A stretch of DNA of 64,000 bases from Yuukianura sp. NJ FZ-2021 (Eukaryota): positions 5,580,001 through 5,644,000 of the forward strand of contig CM102286.1 in assembly GCA_046563655.1 (NCBI GenBank). Direction: 5' to 3'. Below are positions 39,001 through 51,709 of this stretch, one piece after another. The translations under genes and the position numbers were made by a program. Position 1 is the first letter of the stretch. Each line of letters begins with the position of its first letter. A model generated the notes under the pieces. The model was not told the origin of the DNA. It saw nothing but the letters and a program-made list of their open reading frames with translations, and did not search any database.

Positions 39001-42000
39001 AAGCATTTCCTGGCAGGAAGGAAATTGTCCTGGAAAAGCGACGTGAAACATTTTAAAAATACCCGTTTCCACACGTGCTCAGCACTTTTACCACTATAGG
39101 TATTTTCTCAAAAGACCATTTCCCATTTTGCTTCTCTTGAAACTGGATTAGGTTTAGCCTAGCAGAAGACTTTTAATGGAAGAAAGTGCAGGGGTCGTTA
39201 GCTACAAGGAGTTGGACGAAATTACTTTCTTTGCCACAATTTGACCATAACTTGAACAAGGATTCTGTGAAGTTTAGTCGAAAGAAATAGGCTGAGTTAG
39301 GTCCAGAGCTTATAGTAGAATGGAGATCTAATCAAGTTCAAGAGCTTTCACTATGGTTTCCAATCTCTAGGTTTCAAGAAGTGAGAGGGTTTAGACTTGC
39401 TGATGGTCCTATTATTCTGCCAAAGTTTCACTGGAAGTTAGGAACAAGTAACTTTCAACGTCTTCTCAATTTATCAAGAGATTACGTACTTTGTTTCCAC
39501 TTTTTTTTATTTACTTTTTCACATTTTTTTTGTAAGATTTGCGTAATCTGAGACATTATTTACTTGTTTCATAATAAAAGACATATTTCCTAGATTTTCA
39601 TGCTACTAATTTTTCAAAGTTTTCTTTGAACAATTTTCTTTGCCTTTTGAATGGAGAAATTTGAGATACTTGATGTCCCAGATTTAAAAGAGAAACAAGC
39701 ATACACATATTTTTGAAACACGACGCGGGCATTACTCACACTTGAAAACACAATCTTTTCGAAAGTTCAAAATTTCTTGTCGTTATCTCATCGTTTCATG
39801 ATTCACTGCTATACCCCACGCTTCGCTTAACACATTTTTAATTGGAAATGTAAAAGAAAAACTGCGGGTAAAAGCTAAAAAAAATCAAATTCTTTCATTG
39901 TAGTAAAAAACGAAATCAAATTCTTTCACAAATTTTGTTTTTCAAAAAGTTTCAGTAGTAAGTTTTACATAAAGGAACCAGGAGTGGGTTGTGTACCAGC
40001 ATGATCAAAAAGTTTTTCTGAGAAAGGAAAGGAATAAGTTGGTTAATTTAATTTTCCTTTTCATGGTTTGGCTTCACAAATTAAATTTTTTTTTGTGAAT
40101 TACAGACCTCTGTACATTCACAATTGTATTATTACTATGAGGGCTCAAGCCAGAACACATGAAGCCATATTACTGGTCTGACAGAACTTTAAAACAAATT
40201 GAATGTTACAGCAAACTGATTTGGGAAACTGATGTAATATTTTTCTTTTCATGAATTTTTCTCAGAGAAACCAAATATGCAAGTAAACCTGAGACAACAT
40301 AAAGGAAACTTTTTCTTTTGTTACAGAAGTTTTATTTTTAGTTATTCTTAGTACAGCTAGTGTCCTGCATATGGCTTTGAGGCTGGCGAAAGAAAGTTTG
40401 AGAAGTTTTCAACAATAGTTACCAAATAAAGAAAGTCCGAGAAAAATCTCGTTTGAAATATTCTTCTACCCGCTGCTGCTTTCTTCAGAACACGCTCATA
40501 AGTTTTAGAAGACAAACACAACCGTCAACCTGTCCTTTATTCCTATCCTCGAGTTCGTTTTAGGGAAAAGTCACGTCTCTTTTCTAAATTGGACTTCAAC
40601 ATAAAAGTCGTCTTTTAATTAATAATTAGTCATTTATGCTTCTGTCATAATGACAAAAGTAGTTTATTTATAGCAGTGGAAAAGTGACGTAATACTTTTG
40701 CAGAATAGTCGAGACGTTCAATTTTTCTCCAAAAAAAGTTATAAACGCTGATTCTTTGTGGACTTGATTTGTTCTGTTAAAAATGGGCCATTGTTTGGGC
40801 TGATGTATTGTTGAAGTTTACGTTTTGAACGTACAAATGTCTAAGTTGTTTGTGTATTCTCAATATGCGACAGAGAATAGGTAAAAATGAAATTATAAAA
40901 ATCAATTGTTGTGTAACCGCAGCCCAAAATGGGTTTTTACTTTCTTTTCCTTCTTCTCGGAAAAGTTTTTTTTAACTTGTGAATTTCATTATGTATGTGA
41001 TGTTTATAAGTCTTTGCTCATAACTGGTTATTAACTAAAAAAGTAATTAGAATAGAACGAACTACTTCAAAAGTTGAGGAACTTTTCATTTTATTCAGCG
41101 CAACTTTCACTTTCATGTTCTTCATCAATTTACATCTTCATTTATGGAAATCTCCCTTTGTGCCCAGAAATTCAAAACGTATAGCCTATCATTACTTTTA
41201 ATTTCATTTTATTTTGTAAAAAAAGCAATTTAGAAACATAAAAATTTGATTATGATTGCGAGTAATAAACCCGTTTTAGTGTCAAAATTCTTCCAATAGT
41301 TAGTGTAGTTTAATGTATTTTGCCGAGATGAGAAAACTTTTAAAGGAAAACTAAGTTTTCTAATGTAATGCATGCATTTAATATAGCATAAAGGCCATCC
41401 TATCCAATCAGTTTTTTACTTTATTCTTCTCACTTCTCACGATGGTACTTCGGGTTTCATTAAAAACTCTAGTGATTAATGGTCCATAGAAATGGAATAC
41501 ATTATGGGGCGTTAAATAAAGGAAATGAATTCGACATCACGTAAGGAAACATTAAAACCCAAGAGATAGTAGCAAGATCTCGCTTTCACATTTAGTACCT
41601 CAATTTGAATTGGACTTACAGGAGAAAAAGTTTAAGTTTGCGTTAATGGAAATGTTTGTCACTTTTGTTCGGTTTCCAGCCTACAAACCAATGGAGCGAT
41701 ATGAACTATCGACGTTCCCCTGTGTGACGTTTTATGAACTTTTCCATTTACTATTTTTAAGCAAGGGTCGTAATACTGACAACTCATAAATCATATTCCA
41801 TAATAAAAAATTTAACAGAAGAAAGTAATTTTTAAATGCAAAACCGTGTAAACAAATTTAAAAATCTTATACCAAAACGACAAGCACTTTTTAAGGCTAT
41901 TTCAATCGATAGAGTTGAAATAAATGGAAACTTTAAGCTTCAGAGAAAGATTCGAATAAATATGTGAGTTTGTCCTTTGTTGTTCTTCTGATCTTAAAAA

Positions 42001-43480
42001 AAAGTAATAGAAACTAAGACTGCAGTCGATCCGAAGGTGGATGTTTTTCGTTTCCCAATCTATAACGAAGTGATTGGTTGGGGCTGAAATTCTGTAGACG
42101 TTTTGTCTTAAAAGAGAAAGTTCAAACATTTCAAGTTTGCCCCGCTGCCTTTATGTCGAATAAGCTTTTCCCTAAAGAAAAAAGCTGCTGGCCGGCTGGC
42201 GAATGCGAAAGCGTACGGCAGGCCATGGCTTTGAAGAAAGCTACGAGGAGAAAGTCCAAAACTCAATTTCAGGCACAGCAAGGTCCAGAGCTCTTTTTGA
42301 AAGTTTTTTTTTAGAGGTCTGACACTCTCCGGCATGACAGCAAAAGATATTCCAGACAGACAGGCATACTTCAGTCCTGCCAAAATATTTCAATATTTAG
42401 CATCTAGTCTGTGAAAGCAGCATATATGCCTATGTTGATGTTGTATTCTTGGCATCATCCTTTCCACGTGAAACTGACAAATTTTGATACGAGCCCCAGA
42501 AGCTTCCAAAATCATTTCCATTTTTCAGTTTCCCGCTGAAATGAGACTTCCTTAAAAACTTGTTTCATCGGCAAAAGTGAAAGTCGAAGTAAAATTCTGG
42601 TGTTGATTAGACGACCGACGTTTTCCTGTAGTTTAGTGCAACCTTGCGCCTTTAACTTTCGATCGACTGGTTTTAATACAATTTTGAATTTTGAAAGGAA
42701 ATAGTCTGCGGAGAAGATTCGATGGATCTGGCGGGAGTAGACCGCTTGTTTCGCTGTGTCTACAGACATCTCACTACGTGCTAAACTTGTTCAAATAGAA
42801 TTTCCTCAGTAGAGTGTCGTAAAGGAGAATATTTTATTCGGAATTTTTGAATTGGTTGTGTACATAGAGACTTTTGCGCTTCTTCCACTGTGAAGCGTGA
42901 GTAAATGAACGAGTGATTCGCGGAATTTTATGAAGTTGACGCTCCAGGCAGACAATACTGAAGATTTTGTTATAAAATGTATACTTTTTCGTAGCCCGGG
43001 AAGTTGGATTGCAATTTTTACGAAGATTAATGCCCGAAGCGCATGGCAAGAGAAGTCTTGGATAAATTTTTTGCTAGAATGGTTTCGTGCAACATAGTAG
43101 AATAGCATGTGACAGAAATTAAACAGTCACAACTAAATAAAAAAAATTCTGCAACGTACATAAAATGTTGGTGCAGTTGAAAAAAGTGTTGTTCCAAATT
43201 AGTATTCTAAACAATTAAAAAAATAGAATGAGTGCGCCTATCGATTCTCCGCTTAAGCCCCGTGCCACTTCCAGAAATTTAAAAGTCTTGTCGCTCCCGC
43301 TAAAAAAAAGTTGCTCAGTTTTAATTACTGTCCATGTTCCACGTTGCAGCCCCTTTTAAAAGATAAAGTGTGTTTTTTTTTCTGTGAAATAATTCATAGA
43401 ACTATAAAAGACATATCTTGTAGGTTAGTATTTTATTTTTACAAGAATTTGAAGCTCCACTTCTTTTGTCTTAACTTAAT

Positions 43481-44985
43481 TTATTTGGATCCTCTTTTTG
43501 CTTTCTCTGCGAGTGTCAGGGATTCCTTCATTTTGAAAGCCATGTACTTGAAAAGCTGTAGCCAGGCGTCTTTAATCTCTTCGTTCCAAACGGCTTGCAG
43601 AGAGGGCTCAATTGCTTTCACGAACTGTGGACCTATTAACTGTAAAACATTTCAAAAATTCATTTCAGTCGTGGTAAATACTTATGTTCGTTAACTATCA
43701 TTTAGAATGGACATCATTTACACAAACTGAGTAATGGTTTATCCAAGTTGTGGGAACTTACATCTACATATTTCTTTGGAGCACCGTAATAAAAATGATT
43801 TCTTCCGAGCTCATCCAGAAGTTTGTCTAACTTTTCTTTTTCATCAAGCCTTGCCACAGCTTTCTGAACAAATGCCATTACCCTACATTAAACAAAAAAT
43901 CCCAAGTTCTTAAGAATATGAAAATGTTATTATTATTTTAATTTCCAACTTTTTTGATTCTAGAACACTTTAATTAATTAAATAAATAGCAGTTATAATT
44001 AATGTAGTACTATAGCTAGTACCTGAGTGCGTGAGATCGTAGTTGTACACTATGTCGAAGCTCTTCTACTCTGATTCCGTTGAAGGGCATAAATACTTCT
44101 TTTACATCGGGGTGGGTTTCAAACAGTCTGAAAGTGTTTCAAAAATTAGCACCAAACTCATATTAGAATATAAGTGCTAAGATCAAAATATGTTTTTGCT
44201 AAAAGTAAAAAAAAAACACACGAAATCACGCAACTTTTGTTAGCAATGTTCCAAATTCCAAAGTCTATACTGCTATTCAACCAGCGTAATTACCTGAGAG
44301 AAACTATTTAAGTTAGCTCTAAAAATGTGTAACCGAAGTTATCACCGAAATTTTGAAATTAATAATTTTTTCTAATTAAAGTACTATTCATTTCAAATTT
44401 CAAACTAATAAATCAAGGGATAAAAGCAGAGCCTTTGCTATAAAGTTGAATGCGAAAGTTCTAGTGAATTCTAATTTGCAAGTTTTAGGTACAACGTGCA
44501 AATGATTCTCCTCGTAAATCTTTTTCGTAGTCTTTAGATTTCTTGTAGAATTCAGCCAAAAAATGGCGAATAGGAGACGTTTTGATTGCAGAAAAGGCCT
44601 TTGGATAGGATTAGATTTCCGTCACCTAATTTTCCAGGGTGTTCCTTTCGATGATATAATCCAGCTTCATCTAAAAGGATGAGAGACTGACCTAAGGTGC
44701 AATTCGTTTTTGGAGGAAAACGATAAGTCTCACAACATGATTCGAGTCAAGAAAGACTTACTGGACGAAAGTGATGACGCCAACTCGTGCTACATCCGAT
44801 TCAATCTGCTTCCAACAAAGCCGAATGTGACCTTTCTGTTCTGGTGACAAATACTCTACTTTCTCAGGATACAACAGGAGTCTAGCAGCACTCACTGTCG
44901 AGTACTTCCGGACTGGAGCAGTAGTACTTCCGGAATCTGTTCCAGCACTTTCCACTGAACCACTTTTGTCAACTGCGTTGCCCAT
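43481..44985 (-). CDS. Globin X / globin X-like globin with predicted N-myristoylation, 202 aa, 4 exons
   Basis: Exons 44985-44762, 44127-44023, 43882-43762, 43639-43481 (609 nt). MGNAVDKS N-terminal extension; LSPEQKGHIRLCW, LFETHPDVKEVFMPF (CD1 Phe), distal His in RSHALRVM, proximal His in LGRNHFYYG; introns at B12.2, E10.2 and G7.0. Confidence 0.88.
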
Positions 44986-47900
44986 ATTTCCCAACAACCA
45001 CTTTCAAACCACTCTGTTTCCTCTTCTTCGTTTTCCTGGCAGTTACGTTTAACAGAAGACGCCAAATCTCAAGGATTTAAGTATCGCTTTGAATTAGATG
45101 GGTCAAAAGGTGAAAGGTGTACATAGTTTTCCCGATGCTTTTCTTTCATCGTTTTAGTTTTCAAGTTTTACCGAAAGTTCAAAGAAGTGATCTGCATCTT
45201 GTCAGGAACTTACCTGGAATTACGCAAAAATAAAAGTAGAGAAGCCAGTAACCACAGGCAAAGTTAGGCCAATATTTCTTAAAATAAGAAAAGATGTTTA
45301 AAACGTAAGTGTTGACAGTTACGAGCTAAAGTACTACTAGAGATAGTATCTTTACTGCGGACCCTCGAGGTTTTAAATCAGGGTTAGTTGAAATTAACTG
45401 TCAAAACGGACACAGCTCAACGGGTACGACAGACCAAAAAGTCATGAGTATAGCGCCAGGCTGCTGTGATTTCTTCACTTTGAGCTCGGCGGGAAGTTAA
45501 AAGCTTGCAACATGTCAAGAACGTAAATTATTTTCAGACATTTTCACAAAAACATGTTTTCTAGCTGTCCGTCTCAGACTACTAGAGTGAAGAGTAGTGA
45601 AGAGAGCGAACACTACTGTTAAGAGTCTCACTCAATAGTGTTCGCTCTCTTTCCCTTTCGGGGAAAGCGTCTGCCTTTAGTTTATGATCAATTCACTTGA
45701 TCACCTCGCCTGCAAATGGGCCCAAACACTTCCAAGTATTAAAGTCTCCATGTTTTCCAGACTCACTTTGAACTAATATGGATTCGTTTATGGAAACTTC
45801 CATAATTATAGCATTAAACCAAAAGAAAAATGTTTACTCGCTATCATAGCGTTTCAATGAACATAAAAATATTTTGTTAATTAAACTATTCGTATGCTAT
45901 TGAAATTCCAAAAAAAGATGGAGTACTATGTTGAACTCCTACCGAGATACATTGCAGATAAATCGCTTCAAAAAATTAAGAAATTGACATAAAATTTCAA
46001 GGATGAATGCATGCTTTCAGCTCCGGTTTTCACCATGTTATTTTTGTATTCACGAAAACGAAATAATTCATTCCAGTAAATATTCATTCCAATAAAAAAA
46101 ACGATTCTGCTATCACAATAGTCGTTTACTTTGAATTTGCTTTCAATTTAAATTGTTATGAAATGGGAAAACGAATTCCATTGCAAAATTGAGTGTGATG
46201 CTTGATGGAAAAGCAAATTCAATTCCAGTGTCATTACTACAAATCTACTTTCACCAAATGAGAACAACGCCATAAAACTTTCCGAGACAGAAATGTGGAT
46301 CTTCGTGTCCGCGAGTGTTGCTGTGAGAAGACAAGTCAAGAATTTGTGCGATTCTCATATAAATTGAAAGCGAATTGAAGTCACTGTAAAGTAAAAGTGC
46401 CAACTTTTACAAATCGTAGTTCTTTGAATTCGCAAGATGTTTGTACCCCGTTTTTCACACCATTGAAGCAGAAAACTGTAGTATTGAATCAAAAATTAAA
46501 CTACTACTATCTTACCCTCTTAAAATGTAGTTTAAAGGAAAAATATCAACATTCCATAGTAGATTCAACAAAACACTGAAAAAGTATTTTGTCGAAAGCT
46601 TACCCTAACCTAGTTTTGCTTACTTGTTTGATAGTAGCTACTGCACGTTTTCGGCATTTGAAATATTCAATGAGGACTCACCCACAACAGCGTTTTATTG
46701 TTCCTTTAAGTTTCAGAAATGCCACTTTACGCGACAAAAGGAATACTAAACGATACCAGTCTGTTTTAACTGTACTTTTTTGAAAAGTGTTTTTCGACTG
46801 CTGCCTTCGTGGAATAAAATCACCTTATGTGACACTAAATTCTTTGAACTAAGAAACTAGGTGAAACTTACAACATTAGCGACTGATTTCGTGCTTTTAC
46901 CTTCCCTTTCACCACCCAAATCCAACTGCCGCCTTTCTTTCTTTTACTGTTTTACTTTCTCCATCTCCAGTCAGAGTAACAGAAGACGCGGGGTAAAGGA
47001 ATGCTCCCCAATGCCTGCTCACTGTTGGGGGATGCTGCAAAGAAGAAGCTTACAGATTGTTTGACACCGACGCCGTCGGGAAACTTTAGTTAGCATATAT
47101 TTATATTGTATTTCGGTGCTAGAAAGCGCATTATATTTTAATTCTGTAATTATTATTCATGAAAAATGAAAAACCATAATTGCTAAGCGCAAAAGTGCAA
47201 TTCTGGGTTCGAATGACCGTAAACTGGCGAATATCCGGTTCTTATCAGTAAGACGAAGGGAGCTATTAGATGTGGATGTGTGCTGACTCCAGATACTTAT
47301 ATTATTAAAGAAAATAGAGGTCAAGGGTCAACCTGACTTATAGTTTGCAAGAAAAAAACCTTCTCTCGTTGCATTAACTCGGCGTACTTTTCGCTCATGC
47401 AATTCTTATGTTTGGCTGCTATCATGTATTGTAGAAATAGTATAAAGCCGGATAGTGCTTGGCCCTTATACAATTAATGGCAAGCAGCGTACGTTCCAAT
47501 TTTGGTTTTTAATTTTTTTTTATTAAATATGTGAATAAATAGTCTCGCTACACTGATTTTACCTAGTAATCCAATGCTGCCCACAATAAATTAATTAACG
47601 ACTAAAAAGAGAATATTAATCAGAAAGATTTTAATTTTAATTTTAAATTAACCTTTACAATTTTCTATTGATCAGCGTGAAGTTAGCGGAATGGGGGCTA
47701 GGATTAAGGATCGTTATTGTATCTGCGCAGTGTATCCACTCCGGCCATCTTGTGCAGCTGCAACTGACGATAAGTGGCAACGTTTGTAGCCGCTTACCCT
47801 TAGCAAACCTAGCCTACATTGGCAACATTAGTAGCCGCAAAGCGGCGGCGTACTCTGTGCGGCTAGAATTCTGACAATTCAGAGTTAAACCTTACTGGGG

Positions 47901-48838
47901 AATCAGGCAATTCAGTGGATCAGTGTGACTCATAGATTGAGGTTAACCAAACTCAATCTATTTGTAAACACCGACGCTTACAATCAATGACACGAATGAC
48001 ACTTATGCATGTTTGGGATGAAACTTCAAATTCCAGAACATATTGTCCGGTTTTGAAGTGCTACTCAAGTGTCATGAGTTTCTGACGTCCAATAGATGCA
48101 TTCCTATTTTAAAGTCTTAATTAGTAGGATCCAATAAATACCATTTGGAGGTGGTATCAAATCTGTACGTTACGACTTATGCCAACCAGTGTTATCTATT
48201 TGTTGAGAAGCAGCACAAGAGTATTGTTTCATAGTGAAGTTAAAGTGCAAGGAGGGAGTAGTACAAGTTGTTGTGTTGTAGTAAGGGCGTTTTATTCTTT
48301 TGTTTTATTTTCGAAAAGAAAGTTAGTAATTGTTTTGTTTTTCGAAATTCAGATACTGTTCTAATCTCGTCATGTGGTTATCTTATTTTGTTGTTGTATT
48401 AGATTGCGTTCAGTGCGTTCAATCCGTCCTCGTTGTCGTTAGAACCTTTGTTTTTACCCTTTGACCTTTTGACACAAATTCCATTTCCATCCCAATTGGG
48501 GGCGAATTTCGTTGAGTTTGGATTTCTCGGTCTCATGGTTCATACGGCATCATGTACTATGGATTAGTTTAGTTTGTTGTCTGTAAATAAGGTAAGGTAA
48601 GTAAATCTTTTTCCGTTCGTTGTTGAAGAAAACACTCGTGCTAATTATTGCGGTCCATACAATTAAAACTGCGCTGCTCTAGTTCATATGATTTATTAAC
48701 CTAAATTATTAGCTATCTTATTATATCTTATCTTCTAGATCCGTTTTTGTGGTACATCCTCAACCGTCATTCAATTCAATTAGGCAACTTCGACCAAGCG
48801 TTTGCAAGTTGCAACTCGACTAGATTAACGGCAAGAAC

Positions 48839-49614
48839 CAGGGTTGGCAAAATGACGTCATTTTCACGAAAATGACGTCAAAAACGTTTAAAACGTTAAA
48901 AACACGTCAGAAACGTCATGAACGTCAGAAACCTTTCCTCCAAAAAGTAAAATCTTTAATTCTAAATTGCCGGTTAACCTACATTGAAAACTAGCTAACT
49001 ATTCGAATATAACGTATAACCGCTGTCAGTTCTCACTGCTGTTTATTCAAAGTCCCCTTCGTCTTCCATTAGTTCTTCTACGCCGACGTTGTTGTCGTCG
49101 TTTTCATCATCTTCATCGTCCTGTTCCAGTTCCATTGCCTCGTCTGGAATATTTCGACCCTCCCATACCCACTTTAGATTTGATTGTAGTTGCTCTTTCG
49201 ACGCTTCGGAATTGAGGTACTTGTACATAAATGTCAGCTTTCCCGCTTTTGTATTTCCCAAAGTTTGTTACTGGCTGCTGGATTTGGTTCTAGATCAAAT
49301 TGTTCTCAGATTGAGTCTTTTCCCCGGGGCATAACGATAAAGTAACTACTATACAATTTACGATTGACGGAAAAGTCAAAAAAACAAAAGGAGAATTAAA
49401 ACTATCGACGACAAAGTAACGATTTGTTTTGTTTGTTGTGAATTCCGCTTTCAAATCATCGAACCCCACGGGTTTCACTTAAAAATTTGAGCGCGAATGC
49501 ATGGTTTTATAAAAAATGAATCTGACAAAAATGACGTTTTGTGACAAGGGGTCTTGTCAGAAACGTTTATGACTGACGTTTTTGACTGACGTCATGGTCA
49601 TTTTGCCAACCCTG
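48839..49614 (-). mobile_element. 776-bp non-autonomous hAT transposon (internal deletion derivative)
   Basis: 18-bp TIR cagggttggcaaaatgac; 8-bp TSD gcaagaac at 48831-48838 and 49615-49622; subterminal (t)gacgt repeats. Minus-strand remnants MPRGKDSI*EQF (BED-like start, ATG 49332) joined to LGNTKAGKLTFMYKYLN plus an acidic tail (hAT C-terminus-like). Confidence 0.92.
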
Positions 49615-49635
49615 GCAAGAACTAAGTCATAGAAA

Positions 49636-51709
49636 ATGTCAATGTCGGCCGCTGAACCCAATTCTGCAAACGCCCGTCGACCATCCACGTCTTCCGAATT
49701 GTCAACATCTACTACACCAAACCAGGGAAAATTGATCCTACGTATATCTACACTTGAAGAAGAAAACAAGTTACTCAGAGCGGATGTCGAGGATTTAAAG
49801 AAATGGAAACTAGGAGTGGAAGCTTGGTTGTTCGATGAATTCGGAATGGTCGTGACAAACACTGGTAAGAATTTTGCCTCAAAACATTGTTTAACCTCGT
49901 ATTTTTTATAATAAGTTCCTTCTAATAATTCTTAAGTTCCAGTTGGGCTAGGTTGCCAAAATTCCTGTTTCTCAAAATGCTTATTCATTATGCCGAATCT
50001 GATTCTAACGATTTGTATTAAACATGATGCAATGTGGTGACTCCTCTGTAGACTCTAGGTGCTGAGGTGCAACCGAATCGACATCCGACACCGTCCTTAT
50101 GCCTTATATGATATGTTACCTTTTGATCAACTACTAAATAATGATATACTAATCACTTTGTTTTTGTTGGAAGGTGCGAGGACCACTGAATCAAATATAA
50201 AAAATGAAGACACTGACCCAGGCGAGAGTAACAATTCTAGTGACACTCATTCTATACCACCTGTGGACACCAATGAAAGGGTGGAGTCGGGCTTTGGAGT
50301 TCGCATTATCAAAACAGAAACTGAAGCAAATGAATCGAATTTCGTACCAGTTGTTGATAGAAGCGGTTCACGTGACAGCGACACGTTGAGTGAGGGTGAC
50401 ACTCAACGCTTTGTACCATCAGGATCTGAGCGACCAATCCCAACTCCAGTTCTGGAGACAAAAAGCGAGAATAATACCTTGCGTGGGACAGAAGATGCAC
50501 AGCGAGTGACCAGTACTAGTAGTGTCGTTGACGAACCGGCGTCACCCGTTGATGGCCTGGAGCATGATACTACCCTCATCGTATCGACAACTGGGACTGC
50601 TACTTCCAAAGTAGCAGCTACTGGATCTCGCATTCAGCTTGCGTCCAACGCCTCACATTCGTTCCAACAAGAAGAAGGTAAAACGTTTTCGCTGTTTGTA
50701 TTGAAACTTTTCTTCGCTTCGTCTCGATTTCATTTTAAATTCGAAATTACTGAATCACTTTTACTTATTATTTAGTGCCGATTGTGACGATTGATGATGA
50801 CGATGATGATGAGGTTCTGGAAGTAGAAAGTGGAATGTCCCATGTTGACAACATGCCTTCTGATGCGGACGACAACACGCGTTCTGATACCGACGACAAC
50901 ACGTCTGCTGATACCGACGACCACAAGTCTTCTGATATGGACGACAACACACCTTCTACTATGGAAGACAAAACGCCGTGCGACGTCTGCAGAGACTACA
51001 AGCCAGAAGCTTCAAACAATATGGTTTACTGCGAAAAGTGCAATATCTGTGTTCATCAGGCCTGTTATGGGGTCAAACAGATTCCGGACGGAGACTGGCT
51101 ATGCAAACCCTGGTACAAATAAAATAGCAGTAACAGCTAAATGTTTACTTACATTACGTTCCCATTTATTGTCTTCATTTTTTTTACAGTGCGGCCAATA
51201 TTCCAGTAGCAGAGCAAAAGTGTCGTTTTTGTACGACGACTGGTGGAGCGATGATTCGAGCCAGGAGCCCGAATAAGAATTCCTGGGCGCACGTCTCATG
51301 CACATGGTGGATTCCTGGACCCCGTATTAACAATCCCGATCTGTTCGACTGTGTTGTAGGAATACCAGAAATTGACCGATACAGATACAAGATGCGGTGC
51401 ACCGTGTGCAAGGATGGTCATCAAAAGACTTGCTGTATTCAGTGCGTTTATAAGAAGTGTACTACTGCGTTCCATGTTACATGCGCCTTTAAGTCCGGAA
51501 TTCGTATGGAAATGATCGACGACGACAGGGCGAACGACGGTGTTTGGTATCTGTCGCTGTGTGACGTTCATAAGAACGCAGACTCCAAGCCAATAGTAGC
51601 TACTCTTCTCAGGCAACAGCAACAAGCTTCCACTACTCAAAGAAAAAAGCCAGAACAGAGTGATTGTTCCACTCCACAAAGAAAAAAGCGAAAAACAGAT
51701 TCAGACTGA
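49636..51709 (+). CDS. PZP-domain (PHD-zinc knuckle-PHD) protein related to JADE/BRPF/AF10, ~529 aa, 4 exons
   Basis: Exons 49636-49864, 50174-50677, 50776-51112, 51190-51709 (1590 nt). CDVCRD...[60 protein letters not shown]...[16 protein letters not shown]. The N-terminal exon structure is less certain. Confidence 0.82.
50845..50965 (+). repeat. Coding 24-bp minisatellite (about 5 copies of a DDNTxSDx octapeptide) in the PZP gene
   Basis: gacgacaacacgcgttctgatacc / gacgacaacacgtctgctgatacc / gacgaccacaagtcttctgatatg / gacgacaacacaccttctactatg. Confidence 0.8.

Noticed and set aside
49043..49261. 72-aa ORF as an independent gene
   Set aside because: It is the C-terminal remnant of the hAT transposase inside the TIR-bounded element and has no ATG start.
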